64,000 nucleotides of DNA from Octopus sinensis (lineage: Eukaryota): contig NC_043002.1 of assembly GCF_006345805.1 (NCBI RefSeq), positions 81,220,001 to 81,284,000 on the forward strand. The letters are read 5' to 3'. Positions within the stretch are counted from its first letter, which is position 1. Each line of letters opens with the position of its first letter. Position numbers and translations under genes: made by a program. Below, one piece after another: positions 25,746 through 39,787 of this stretch. The notes under the pieces were generated by a model. The model was given only the letters and a program-made list of their open reading frames with translations, was not told where the DNA came from and did not search any database.

Positions 25746-26489
25746 TGTATGTATGTATGTATGTATGTATATATGTATGTATGTATGTATGGATGGATGG
25801 ATGGATGGATGGATGGATGGATGGATACACAATCACCACCACTACTATACTTGCAACAGTAACAGTACAGTTTGGACATTTGATTTGCATATATCACAAA
25901 TATTAAGATTTTTACAGAAAAAAATTATCCTGTCTCTATATAAGCTTGCGACTCAACTGAAGTAATATATTACAGGAGGATCAAGTACTTGCAACAGCAA
26001 CAACAGCTGCAGATACCATTGCTGTTGTTATATATAGCAGTAGAAGACATTTAGGTAAATACTATGCCAAAAACGGATTTTCCTCTAGCGGTTGCAGTTA
26101 TTAAAAGTGTGATCATCTTTTCTTCATAATATTTTGTGGAATTAGAATTTCGAATTTGAAAGTAAGGAATTAAGAGGGAAAAGATGCATAGAATTCACAT
26201 ATTGATTTATTTAATTTTTTAATAATTAGGAAGCTCTTAAAATTTCTAGTTGGTGGTAATCATATCTAGTACTATTTCATTACTTATAGAAATCGTCTGC
26301 ATGTTAATTGAATATTTTCTGAAGTGAGCTTTTTCGTTACAGATTGAAATTAGTTTAGAAGAAATCTGTTAAATGTTTTTTTAATTTTTCGTTATTGAGG
26401 GTTAGTTGTTTAACTTTCGAGAGAAAAGAGAATTTTTTTTAGCGTTGACATACAGGACATCTGTACAAAAAAGAGAACATTCTCTATCT

Positions 26490-26746
26490 TTTATCCTTTA
26501 GTTGTTTCAGTCATTTGACTGCGACCAAACTGGGGCACCACCTTGAAGGGTTTTTAGTCCAACAAATCGACCCCAGGGATCTTTTTTTAATACAGCTTGC
26601 TACCTATTCGATCAGCCGCTTTTGCCGAACAGCTAAGTTACGGGGACGTAAACACACCAACACCGGCTGTCAAGCAGTGGTGGGGGGACAAGTACAGACG
26701 CAAAGACACACATATACACGTGCGTGTACACTTACACACATACACA

Positions 26747-26779
<33 letters not shown>

Positions 26780-27104
26780 ACACATATATATATATATATA
26801 TACAAATTGAGATAGGGGTTGCAAGTGCAACCCTCCATGGGATGTGGTTTAATAAATTATGTGATTGGGTATTATCTGGTAGTTGATCATTGATTAAGAT
26901 GTGTTTCTCCATTTTCTTATTTTGTATATATATATATATAGACGGCGGGTTCTTTCAGTTTACGTCACCAATTCCCCTTACAAGACTTTGGTCGGCCCGA
27001 AGCTATAGTAGAAGACTCTTGCCTAAGAAGCCATGCAGTGGAACTGAACCCGGAACCATGTGGCTGGGAAGCAAGCTTCTTACCACACAGCCACGCCTGC
27101 GCCT
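26490..27104 (-). mobile_element. SINE family A with extra sequence in its internal microsatellite
   Basis: Tail block at about 26500, head ending CAGCCACGCCTGCGCCT at 27104. Confidence 0.88.
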
Positions 27105-27290
27105 ATCTTGCAATACATTTTCAAAATATACAGTTTCTATCGTCAAACAAGCTTCACTGTCTTTCTCTTACCGGTTGGCAAACTATCAAGTATATTTATT
27201 GCTGAGAAAAATACAGAAACCAAAAAAACAATTGGCAAATATACAGCTGGAGCGCTCTTGTTAATGTCTGTCTCTTCCATATGGATGACT

Positions 27291-27390
27291 NNNNNNNNNN
27301 NNNNNNNNNNNNNNNNNNNNNNNNNNNNNNNNNNNNNNNNNNNNNNNNNNNNNNNNNNNNNNNNNNNNNNNNNNNNNNNNNNNNNNNNNN
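27291..27390. other. Assembly gap (100 N)
   Basis: Run of exactly 100 N. Confidence 1.
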
Positions 27391-28360
27391 AATTATATAA
27401 GATATAATATATATATATATAAAGAACACAAATAGGTCAAGATTCACTGCAGCTGTTTCAGACCCCTTTGTTTATTAATGAATAAACCTATTACATCAGT
27501 GAATTAAAAACTTGAAATTAAAAATTTAAAATTTGGTTCGGAAAATACCATGATGCGGAATGTGTTTTGATCATCTCATTTTGGCAACTAGTTCCAGAAA
27601 TCGTGAGCGAAACACTCTAACCTTTAAATCACACGTCTTCACATGATGATAGGCGTGCAAAAACGGCTTCCCACAACAGTATATTCCTTTAATATAGGTT
27701 CTGTATTTACTCCATTAGCGTTCCATTTATTGCTAGAGTTTGTACGCTGATATTTCCTTTTTACCATCTTTATGAATTAAATAAAGAATCTTGATAATGT
27801 TTACGTAAGCTTTCCATTGATCATCAAATCTTGTAGTTTTAGGCTACGCGTCGTTTACATTTATAGGCACTAGCGTGTCAGTGTTTCGTGGTTTCGCCAT
27901 TTCCTTGTGTTCTTGTGGCAGCGATGTGGATGTATTGCAACAATACTAAAGCCCTGCAGTTGTCTGTGTGGTGCACGCTCCCAATATTGTTTTGGTTCAA
28001 CAGAAAACACGATTCATTACAGTTCACAATCCCTGCAGTTATGTCAAGTGTTATTGAATTATCTGTAAAGTAATTCTCACACATTGAATGTGTATACAAA
28101 TATGTATGCATATATATATATAAACTGCGAATAACAACTTGAATAGCACTTGCTTCTGAACGCTTGCTTGTGAACTTCAAAAATAAATGAGCCACTTTTT
28201 TTCCTAAATCGATCAGGGCGCTTGCGTCCTAGAAAAATAAACAGTTTTGTGTCAATTTTGTGCCTTTTTTTCTTTCCCTTTATGTGGTTACAGCTAGAGA
28301 TGTAAGCAGTATGGTCATCTTCCGAAACATAAATAAAAAGAACAGAGTCTTTACAAATTA

Positions 28361-28926
28361 TTGGGTTGTCCGGAAAGTTCGTGCCGATTTATACTAGCTT
28401 ACCTTCCGACTTATTTTAGATCATGGTTGAGTCCATAAAATAGGATTTGAACTACACCTCCATTTAGAGCACAGTTGAAGCTATCTTTTCGTGGAAGAAG
28501 ATTTATGTTCCTATAACCTGTGTTAATTCTGTAACCCTTTAAAATGGAAGATAAGAAAATTCATTTTCGGCACTTGATGCTTTGGGAACCAGACAAAAAT
28601 TGCTGCAGCTCGGCTGGGATGTGTTACCCCACCCTCCTTATTCACAGGATATTGCTCCTTCGGATTTCCATTTATTCAGGTCTCTGCAAAATAGTCTTAA
28701 TGGTAAAAATTTCAATTCCTTGGATGACGTAAAACGATACCTTGATGAATTCTTTGCCATGAAACCACCTCAATTCTGGGAAGAGGATATTTTCAAGTTA
28801 AAGGAAAGAGGGAAATGCATTGTGCAACAAAATGGTTCATATTTGGTTGATTAAAAATGTAATGGCAAGTATTTATTGACCTTTTTCTTTCCTTTAAAAT
28901 CGGCACGAACTTTCCGGACGATCCAA
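28361..28926 (+). mobile_element. Internally deleted mariner transposon (566 bp) with TIRs and TA TSD
   Basis: TIR TTGGGTTGTCCGGAAAGTTCGTGCCGATTT and AAATCGGCACGAACTTTCCGGACGATCCAA, both flanked by TA; N-terminal MEDKKIHFRHLMLW joined out of frame to C-terminal GWDVLPHPPYSQDIAPSDFHLFRSLQN. Confidence 0.93.
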
Positions 28927-29211
28927 TACTTCCTACAGTTTATATCTAACAAAATTCTCCAAATGACTCTGCCATACACTTAAGATAGAGAGTTACAATA
29001 AAGACACCCGATTTCGTTATTTCATTACGTAAAGATCCTTTTTCTACTTCATTAAGTTAATTAGCTGAAGAAGGTGGTCGACTTATATCGCTGTAGTTTT
29101 GTTTTCATAAAGTGTGCCGCACATTTTGATGGGTTTTGCAACATTTCGTTTTTTTTTCTTTTTCTGTATGTTGACTCATTCAACAACAAATTTAAACTGG
29201 ATTAGCTATCT

Positions 29212-29747
<536 letters not shown>

Positions 29748-30414
29748 ATATAAAAAAATAGCTTGATGGAATCGACACCAAAGAGGAATTAATGCTAATA
29801 AATAAGTTATTAAAATGACCACAATAATGTCTTTTAAAAGAAAACGCTTGAATATGAATGTAGGTATTTTAAGTTTACCCGCTTTTGATAGCTACACCGG
29901 TACCTTTGATATTGACCGATTTACTATGGCTTCCATCAAAGGATAAATTCTACTTTGGTGTCGGCTCCTTAAAATTCTTGATTTGGTTATACATTAGCCA
30001 AGATTATTTAGTTCATATGTAACTTTTTAAACCTTTTTATGATGATAAAGATCTCATAAAATCCATAAAAAACTGAAGATCTTTTTGCATGTTTTCATTT
30101 TCACGAGCTCAAAATGATATCCATAACAGGAACGAAAATAGAATTCTTGAATATAATAAACAGAAGTGTTAATCATAATTATGATTTCTTTCAAGCTCGT
30201 ATGTTTGCGAGAGCGAATCACAGTTGATTTGAGATAACTTTTTAACCTAAAGTGTAGACAAACACGAAAACCTAATGAAGATATACTATTTTATAGACAG
30301 ATTCTAGTATTTTTCTTTACTATGGAACGAGGAAAGAAAACGACGAACCTGGCGTGATTTGAACTAAGAACGTAAAGAAACAGTATTAAATATCACATGG
30401 TATTTTTTTTATCG

Positions 30415-30688
30415 GGGGAGGCACATGGCCTAGTGGCTAGAGCAGCGGACTCGTGGTCGAGAGATCGCGCGTTCGAATCTCAGACCGGGCGATGTGTGTG
30501 TTTCTGAGCGAAACACCTAAGCTCCACGCGGCTCCGGCAGAAGGTAATAGCGAATTTCTGCTGACTCCTTCGCCACAACATTCTCTCACTCTTTCCTCCT
30601 GCATCTTGCAGCTCACCTGCGACGGACCGGCGTCCCATCCAGGTGGGGCACCTATACGCCAAGGAAACCGGGAAACCGGCCCTTGAAT
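30415..30688 (+). mobile_element. tRNA-derived SINE, distinct GC-rich family
   Basis: GGCCTAGTGGCTAGAGC A box, GTTCGAATCTC B box, 3' GCGACGGACCGGCGTCCCATCCAGGTGGGG...GGAAACCGGGAAACCGGCCC. Confidence 0.82.
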
Positions 30689-31197
30689 TTGGTTGATCAC
30701 ATGCGCAAAAAGTATTTATTTCTTGTGACATTTTTTTTTACTACTGAGAATTGTACTCTATTGTAATGTCTCGTTAGATTATATTTACCTTCATCATTTT
30801 AACAAGCTCTGAGTAGATGTAAGAACTATACAAAGTCTACGTCAGCTGGATCTGAGCTCGGTGGGTGAGGTTTAAACAAAAGAAAAAAAACATAGAACCT
30901 AAATACTGTAACGTGTTTAACAGTACACTCCACATATCGACCACTAAGTAACTCGTCTAAATAGCATTCAATAGTACAATAGCTGGAATGATATGAGGAG
31001 GAGTTCAGTTAAAGAGCTTCGCTAAACATCATCGACATCATGAAATTTGCTTCAGGAAACGTTCATTAGTCTGGTTCTTAGTAAGTGAGGAATTTGAAAA
31101 TGTCCTTGTCAACACCAGATCATACATAATACAACACTAAGCATCTAAAGTAAATACGGCGCCGATGTATTGCTGGAATCAATATACCACTGCCCAC

Positions 31198-31287
<90 letters not shown>

Positions 31288-31687
31288 CACACACACATAT
31301 ATATATACATATATAATATATATATACATGTATATATACATATACATATACATATACACACATATATATACACACACATATATATATATATACATTTATA
31401 TATACACACACATATATATTATATATATATATATATACATATATATAAATACATTTATATGTACATATATATATACATTTATATATACATATATATATGC
31501 ACACACACATACATGCATATATATATATTATATTGTATCATATGTGTGCATGTGTGTGTGTGTGTACAGGAGGGGGGTATGCGTGTGTTTGAGTATATAT
31601 GCTTGCGTATGAATGCGTATATGAATGTTTTTACTTCACGGAAGTACATGTATACTCAAATAGTTTCCGCTCGCATTTGTCTATTAT

Positions 31688-31729
<42 letters not shown>

Positions 31730-31927
31730 CACTAACGCACACACACACAAACATACGCGCACACACAGCTTTTCTTTTTCTCCTTCTCTTGCTATTCCCT
31801 CAATATGTGTGTGAATGTGTATATATGCGTGTGTAAATGTGTATATATGCGCTTACAAGTGTATGTGTGCGTGCATGTGTGTATGTATCCAGTATCAATT
31901 TACGTATGTATGCATGATGTGTGTTTA

Positions 31928-31981
31928 GCGGAAAGCTAACTGTATACGCGGAAAGCTAACTGTATACGCGGAAAGCTAACT
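31928..31981. repeat. 20-bp tandem repeat, 2.7 copies
   Basis: GCGGAAAGCTAACTGTATAC repeated perfectly. Confidence 0.95.
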
Positions 31982-33264
31982 AGGTACTACAGACGAATAA
32001 TACAACATTTGGAAATGAAATGTAGTTATATGAAGAATTTAAAACTCAGAAAGATGGATAGAAGTTGGATTGGGCTTCGTCACTGATAATTTCCGAGTCT
32101 TTTCTAGCAGAACTATTGCTGGAGGGAATTTCAAAATGAATTTGAGAAGTAAAGAAATTTTCATAGGTTCCAAGATAAGTTAAACACTTTTTCCCTGAAA
32201 AGTATCTCTCAGTCTAGAGCGTATGTTTCTCGATTGTATCTTGAAGTAGAAAAGCTGAGAGTTTGTCAGATTTTCAGAGAATTGGAAATTAATAGGTGTA
32301 AACTATTAGTTCTGTATTTCTTTCTCAGTCAGAATTCCATACCATGGTACTTCAATTTGCGTGATGAAAAGTATGCTTTTCTGATGAAGTCAGAATAAAG
32401 CCAAAACATGTTCAAGTTTGTCCACGTACTTGCAGAAAAATTTAGGTATTTATTAATAGCCATTCATTTTTTCAACATTGATTTTTAATTATATTTCTAT
32501 TCAATATCTTCATACCGCGTTGCATGTGAGGATTAATTTTAAAAGAATACATAATTAATTTAATTATTCAGAGGCCCATTCCAGATAAAATAAGCAATAT
32601 TTAAGTGAGTATTACCCATATTTAATGCCATGGATATTAAAATTTCTAATAAGAAATAATTATGCAGTGAAGAAGGACAATAGTGACTTGATGCTATTTT
32701 AATCACCTCACCAAGTATGAGGTGGAGCTCTGGATGTCTTTTGGTGTCGACAAACTCCTCATCAAAACAGTAGAAATACATATCTAGCAATTCCACCACC
32801 ACTGGTTGACAATTTTCTTTTGCTATTCATACATTTCTGTGCTTTTACCCTATATGCCTATACGGGATGCTTTCTCAAAACAAATACTGTAGTTTTCAGG
32901 ATTTCTACAATACATATGCGTTAAGTAAGACGTACAGAATGCTATTTTGAACTAATACTGCTTCTGTCGCTAATAACAAACGTAGTTTCTTTCTTTTATT
33001 CGAATACATATACCTGACAGTGAAAATACGGACAGAAAAAGTTTTATGTGATGAAAATGCTTACGGCAAAAGTAATTAAAATCGCTAATATTCTGCTGCA
33101 CGCTGAAAAACGACCAACACAGTTTTAAGATACCAATCACGTTACAGATCTAAATGACTTCGCTCGCCTGTATTCACAACCCAGCTGAACATTTCATATT
33201 TCATAGTGAAAGACCGACTGAATGTATACGAGTGTTTATACGTGTATACTTGTCTGTATGCGTG

Positions 33265-33455
33265 CTTACTCTTTACTCTTTTATTTGTTTCAGTCATTTA
33301 ACTGCGGCCATGCTGGAGCACCGCCTTTTAGTCGAGCAAATCGGCCCCAGGACTTATTCTTTGTAAGCTTAGTACTTATTCTATCGGTCTCTTTTGCAGA
33401 AGCGCTAAGTTACGGGGTATGTAAAGACACCAGCATTAGTTGTTAAGATATAAAA

Positions 33456-33519
<64 letters not shown>

Positions 33520-33809
33520 AAGACACCAGCATTAGTTGTTAAGATATAAACACACACACACACACACACATATATATAATATATATATATATTATATATA
33601 TATATATTATATATATATTATATATATATATTATATATATATAAAACATTATTGGTGAATTGAAGAAATGGAGCTGAACGCAGATTGAACAGAAATCGTT
33701 TTATTTCATTCTACACGTGTTTCGATTTTACTGCTGTGATTTTTGCTACTAAGGTATCGGTTAAACTTTTGATTAATCTACTACAAGATTATTCATCTTT
33801 CTATTTCAC

Positions 33810-33847
<38 letters not shown>

Positions 33848-34012
33848 TACGACGGGTTTCTTTCAGTTTCCGTCTACCAAATCCACTCACAAGGCTTTGG
33901 TCAGCCCGAGGCTAGAGTAGAAGACACTTTGCCCAAGGTGCCACCCAGTGGGACTGAACCCGGAACCATGTGGTTGGTAAGCAAGCTACTTACCACACAG
34001 CCACTCCTGCGC
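33265..34012 (-). mobile_element. SINE family A, interrupted by a local duplication and an insertion
   Basis: Tail 33265-33430, head 33845-34012; AAGACACCAGCATTAGTTGTTAAGATATAAA occurs twice; unrelated segment at about 33645-33812. Confidence 0.85.
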
Positions 34013-34494
34013 TTATAAATGTTTATAAGTAAAATTGTGTGCTTGCATGTTTCGATCCCTAGCTTCTGTCGCTTTGCATGTGACTTTGTTAACCCCTCTT
34101 CGTACTTGACCTACAGTACTTTAATCTATTATCATAATTGCACCTATATAAATAATTCTATTCACCCTCTTAACTATTTCATTTTACTCCAGCTATAATA
34201 ATTTTTCATGGTAGCTATATTTTGTAACTAGTTCTATGAGCAACAGACATATTTACACTCCTCACTTTCTCATCCTTCAAATTCGTATGCCTTGCGCTTT
34301 GAGCCTTTCACCTCTTGATTAACAATTTCTCACTTAATCACGTCAACCATTTCAACCATTCAACTTTAGTTTTACCTTATATTCATATTTTCACCAGAAG
34401 GACTTAAGCATCAAAATGCTCTACACTTCTCACTGCAAATAAACTTACATAACCAAGCGAAGAAAGCATTACAGAGTGTTAGTCCATCAAACTA

Positions 34495-34690
34495 CAATGG
34501 CGAGCTGACAGAATCGTTAGCACGTCGAACAAAATGCTTTGCGTCATTTCTTCCAGCTCTTTACAATCTGAGTTCAAATCCCACCAAGGTTGATCTTACT
34601 TTTAACTCCCGGAGTGAGTAAAACAAGGGAGCACTCAGGTACTGGGGATTTGATGCAATTGATTTGCCCTTCCCCTCATAATTTCTAGAT
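34495..34690 (+). mobile_element. CORE-type SINE, diverged
   Basis: GGCGAGCTGACAGAATCGTTAGCACG...GAGTTCAAATCCCACCAAGGTTGATC. Confidence 0.75.
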
Positions 34691-35149
34691 TTTAATCCTG
34701 CACGGACCAGTATCCCGTTCAGGCTGATTGTTGTGATTTCAGGCGTATGTACGTCATGGTAACCGAGTAAACTGGGCTTAAGAGTCCTTGGGCTCGAGAA
34801 AATAAATCTAACAAACAGACAAAGACAGTAATCAATAACTGTAAGGCACCTGAAAAGTAATCAATAACTGTAAGGCATCTGAAAATTTGTCATCAGTTGC
34901 AATAGAACATGGTTTCCCCGATTTTGAAAATGTCAGTTTGTTAACCGCTTGTTGGAATTTCGAGCAACCATAATATTTTCTAAAAGAAACACGAAGCCTT
35001 GTTTGTTAAAGCCAGAAAACTTGGCAGTTCTCATTGTGTGAAAAAAATCACAACTGGGGTTTCTTTAATAGAATTTTTTTTCATTTTTTTTTCTTTTTTT
35101 TTCTGAATAACAAATACGGCAACAGTACAACGTTCCCACATGTGAACTC

Positions 35150-36300
35150 GAAAATAAATTTCAGCAAAGCTTTTCCACGACAGAAAAAGAATTAAAAAAA
35201 CATTTTAAACAAAATTCTTATGCTCATCTTGTAAATATACAAAATAATGAAGGAAAGAATAAACCGTGCTTACTGATTTTGATAAAATTGATAAAAAAAA
35301 GTTATTTAAATAACCAGTAATATTTTTAACAATTTCCAGCTAGTGATAAAAAAAAAAACGACCATTGTAAGACATGGAGGACGAAGTAAAACTCCAAACT
35401 AAGAATGGAATCAATTTAGGGAACCGCTAGTTTACACGGTTTTGTGAAACTTTCGTTGCAGGGTAAATTACCGAATAAACAACAAATTAAATATTCTGTA
35501 AAATTACCGAAAATGAATAAAAAAAAATATGCATTATTGCTGATGAAGCTTCATTAATTTTAAGGAAATGTGTGCACTTTATTTTTTCTAAAATATGAAT
35601 TAGATGATTGTTCACCAATATTGTCTGTTGATTTGGTAGAATTAGTAGCAACAACAGCAGAAATATTTCTAATGTTCTACGACGAACATTAAATGATGCA
35701 GAGTTTGACACTAACTACTTAAAGAAAAATTTCATCGTATTTTGTGTCGATGGAGTGAGTACCATGCTTGGACGAAAATCTGAAGTTGCTACAAGAGTAA
35801 TTTAAGAATCTCTAGACGTTATAATTTGGCATTGTTTGAGTCATCGATTGCAACTTGGCTTAGATGATGCTTTAAATGACGCCAATGAAACTGGCTATTT
35901 CATGATTTGTGCGGGTTAAAATTCACGCTAATTTTCATCAGCATATTAAAAGTCAGCTGCAAATTTAAAATATTGCTGCTGAAATGTATACTGAAATCAT
36001 CAAAATAGATCGTATTTTTGTCTGCGACAGGCTTGCAGTAACCGCAAATTTTCAAAAATCAGTTTAAGTAGCATAGAGATTTGTTCTAAATCTTTATAGG
36101 CTTTTCTCAAAAGGTAAGATTTTGAGTATGATAAAAATCTGAACTTCGTAGAATGCATAAAGGGACTTGACATTAATGATTGACATTTTAAACAAAATTT
36201 TATTATCATCATATGTACTTCAAAGAAGACATTTTTGTTGCACAGAGGAAGGATAAACTCAGGAAACAAACATTTAAACGTTAAAATACAATTAAAATAT
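35150..36300 (+). mobile_element. hAT-superfamily transposase remnant
   Basis: RPL*DMEDEVKLQTKNGINLG; IADEAS; FCVDGVSTMLGRKSEVATR; IIWHCLSHRLQLGLDDAL (the CxxH motif of hAT/ZNF862-like transposases). Many stops. Confidence 0.78.
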
Positions 36301-37084
36301 CGTAAATTAATATTTAAATTACATTAATTAAAATACAGTACAAAAAGTGCTTTACTATGCATAAAAATGAGATTAATGAACTGACACACAGTGATGCTTT
36401 CAAATGCATGTTGTTTGAAGAAAATGAAAGTTTTAAGTAATAGCCATGAGAAAAATTAATAGTGTGCATAATTGATAAAATGAAAGCAAGATTATTAAGT
36501 GAAAAACACGTTAGGTTTTAAAAAGCTAATTTAGGTTCTTGTAACAATACAGCTAAAATATATTTTTCACTTGAAATATATTTTACGGAACCTTGAAGAA
36601 CTTTGAGTGTCTTGGAATTTCGTAGATGGAAATTGTACAAATTAAATCTAGAAATTGAAATTAAGCTTAAATATTTTCAAGAATAGAAAATAAAATTCAT
36701 TTGAACAACGTTCCCTTTTACCGAAAGAGTAGGGAAAGTAAAGCTATGATCACAATTGTTGCAGCTTCTGCCGAAGAAGAAACAGATTCATAGTAAACGA
36801 ATAATTACTATTGGCAGCAATAACAGAGGAAGACTAACAATGAAATATATAGGCATTGGGATAGTTAATATTGTAGTAAAACCATTCAACCTCTGACGCC
36901 CGTATCCTTATGTCAAATCGTGGATAAGAAGTCATCGAATCGCCTGCATTACCATTTCATATGGTGAACGGATTTTTCTTAAGCCACAAAAACATCAAGG
37001 CGGTACCCCAGCATGACCATAGTCTAATGACTGAAACAAGTAAAAGATAAAACACACTAATATATGTACATATAAATGTATATT

Positions 37085-37440
37085 ATGGCTGCCTCCTCGT
37101 TATCGAGTATGGCCATTGCACGAAGCTTAACTGTTAGTGGTGCTGTGATCAAATGTGACTTTTTAGCCCAGCTAAAGATCTACAATTGTACAGAATAGGC
37201 AACTAATACCTTTACCAGTAATAGCCGGCTGTAGTTGTAACTGGGCTTCATGTACCTTTGCATGTCGTTTAAGTCCTCCTGCCGAATTACACTCTCTTCC
37301 ACATGCCCGACAGATATGATTAGTATGGTGTGTTACACCACCACCAGTGGCCAGGTTGTCATTCATCTGTCTCGCTTTATGACTACGAAGATGACTCTTG
37401 AGTTCAGCTTTACTGAGGCAGGGTCTTGCACAGACATTGT
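37085..37440 (-). mobile_element. RTE-clade LINE 3' end encoding multiple C2H2 fingers (copy 1)
   Basis: CNVCARPCLSKAELKSHLRSH and CRACGRECNSAGGLKRHAKVH; near-identical to 57422-57970 in opposite orientation. Confidence 0.8.
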
Positions 37441-38316
37441 ACATACATACATACAAACGTACATATATACATACAAAGAAGCAATTATTGGGATAAGCAA
37501 ATTAGACACATCAAATATATTAAATATTCTAAGTACATCAAATACAAAATATGTATATAACTGCACATGCAAAACGAGAGAAAGCAATAGATAGAAAGTT
37601 TCAGATGATAAATGATGAATTTATATGCATTTATAAATATAAATATATATACATATATATATATGTATATATATACATATATATATAGGTCCAACTTACA
37701 TAGAGTACAAATGACAGAGACGTTTAAAGAACTTTACACAATAACGGTATTATGATTCCAACAGTTGTTTCTGGGGGCTCGGTGATCCATAATAATGTTG
37801 GTAGGTTTAGCCCATCACAAAATGCGGCTGTATGAATAGGAGGTAGACATAAACTTTGTTTTGACGAGTACTGTTTAACACATACATACATACATACATA
37901 CATGTGTATGTAACAACGTATCAGACGAATTATTCGAAATATTTGTAAACATTTGAGCATTTGAGTGGATACGAGACAATAAAACACAAGTATGCATTTG
38001 ATAATTATTCGTATTGCTATATGCGAAAAATATGTTCTTCCATTGTATATTTAAATTATAAATTTGATATTGTTATTTTTGTTTTAATATAATCTTTATG
38101 TAATATAAAACAGCTTTGTTTTAATATTTCTGTATTTGCTGCTCTTCATTTCATTTGTTGCAGAGATAATTTTAAAATTTAATTTCAAATATCTCCATTC
38201 CTCTGAGGCAGTCATGAACAATGTTCACATCGATATACGTGTGTGTGTATATAACTATATATATATATATATTATATATATTTATTTATATATATTTATT
38301 TATATATATATGTATA

Positions 38317-38416
<100 letters not shown>

Positions 38417-38924
38417 TGTATGTATGTATGTATGTATTTATGTATTTATGAATGTATGCATGTATGTGTGTATTTGCTTATATTCAAGGAAAATGTATTT
38501 AATAAGAAAACTATGGTAAGAACGAAACAATTCGATAATAAAAGTATTTCGAGATTAATTTAGTAAGTTAATATCCAATATCGCCTACATTTTTAAGAGT
38601 TGCCGATTTTTATTGCCGAAATCTCAATTGTTTTATATAGAACCGATGGATAAATTTCTGTAGTTGAGCGGAAAGATTTTAAAAATTTCACTACTGCATG
38701 TATGTATGGATGGATGGATGGATGGATGTATGGATATACTGTACATATATTAAAAATGTAGACATATATTTTCGTGTGTATATATATGAATACAATAATA
38801 TATATATATGCATATATATGTATGTAGATATATGCGTGTGCGTGTGTGTTTTTGCATGTATGTTTGTATATATGCATGTGTGTATACATACATGCATATA
38901 TTATAGCAAATATATGTGCGTATC

Positions 38925-39060
38925 TGCCGAGGTCGATTTTGCCTTTAATCCTTACGGGTTCGATAAAACAAGTGTCAGTTGACTACTGAGGTCGATGTAA
39001 ACAACTTACGACTTACCCCTTCACAACATTGCTGGCCTTGTGCTAAAATTTGAAACCATT
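38925..39060 (+). mobile_element. CORE-type SINE 3' fragment
   Basis: GCCGAGGTCGATTTTGCCTTTAATCCTTACGGGTTCGATAAAAC. Confidence 0.7.
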
Positions 39061-39114
39061 ATATATGCGTGTGTGTATATATATATAGATATAAACATGT
39101 ATACATGTATGTAT

Positions 39115-39180
<66 letters not shown>

Positions 39181-39787
39181 GTGTGTGTGTAAAGGTAGAT
39201 AAAGGTAGAACAGTTCCAGATTGGTTTAAAGTGAAATGTATGTGAAGTGTACAATCACAAAAGTGCCCAACATATACTTAACGAATGAATCTACATGAAT
39301 CTATTTACACGTCCATTACATTAGACAGATGCAAAGTTGCCAGAAGAAAAAAAATTCTGTCGTAGGAAGGAACACTTTTTATATAATTTTATCTACGTCT
39401 AATGAGTCCTCATTACCCAAAAGAGCTTAATTTTTACCCCACTTGGAGTAATCTACCCCGGTTCACCGACCTCTAAACTATACCTGTATATTATAAAGTA
39501 CCTTCTGTATAAGTTTCTTTTCACTCCTAAGTTCAGACAATAATAGCTTTCCACAAAAATATGTAATATAGAATATTTGAAATAATATATATGTAATATA
39601 GTATAAAATGTGTATGTATGTGCGTGTGTGTCTGCGTGTATGTGTGTGATATGTATCTACATGTGTATGTATTGTTGCGTTTTTAAATTAAAGGCATGAG
39701 GTTAGTGATGATTAAACGTTATCTCGATTTATTAATTACATTCGATCCAAATCTTAACTAATTAAAAGGAGAGTATTTTATTATTCA

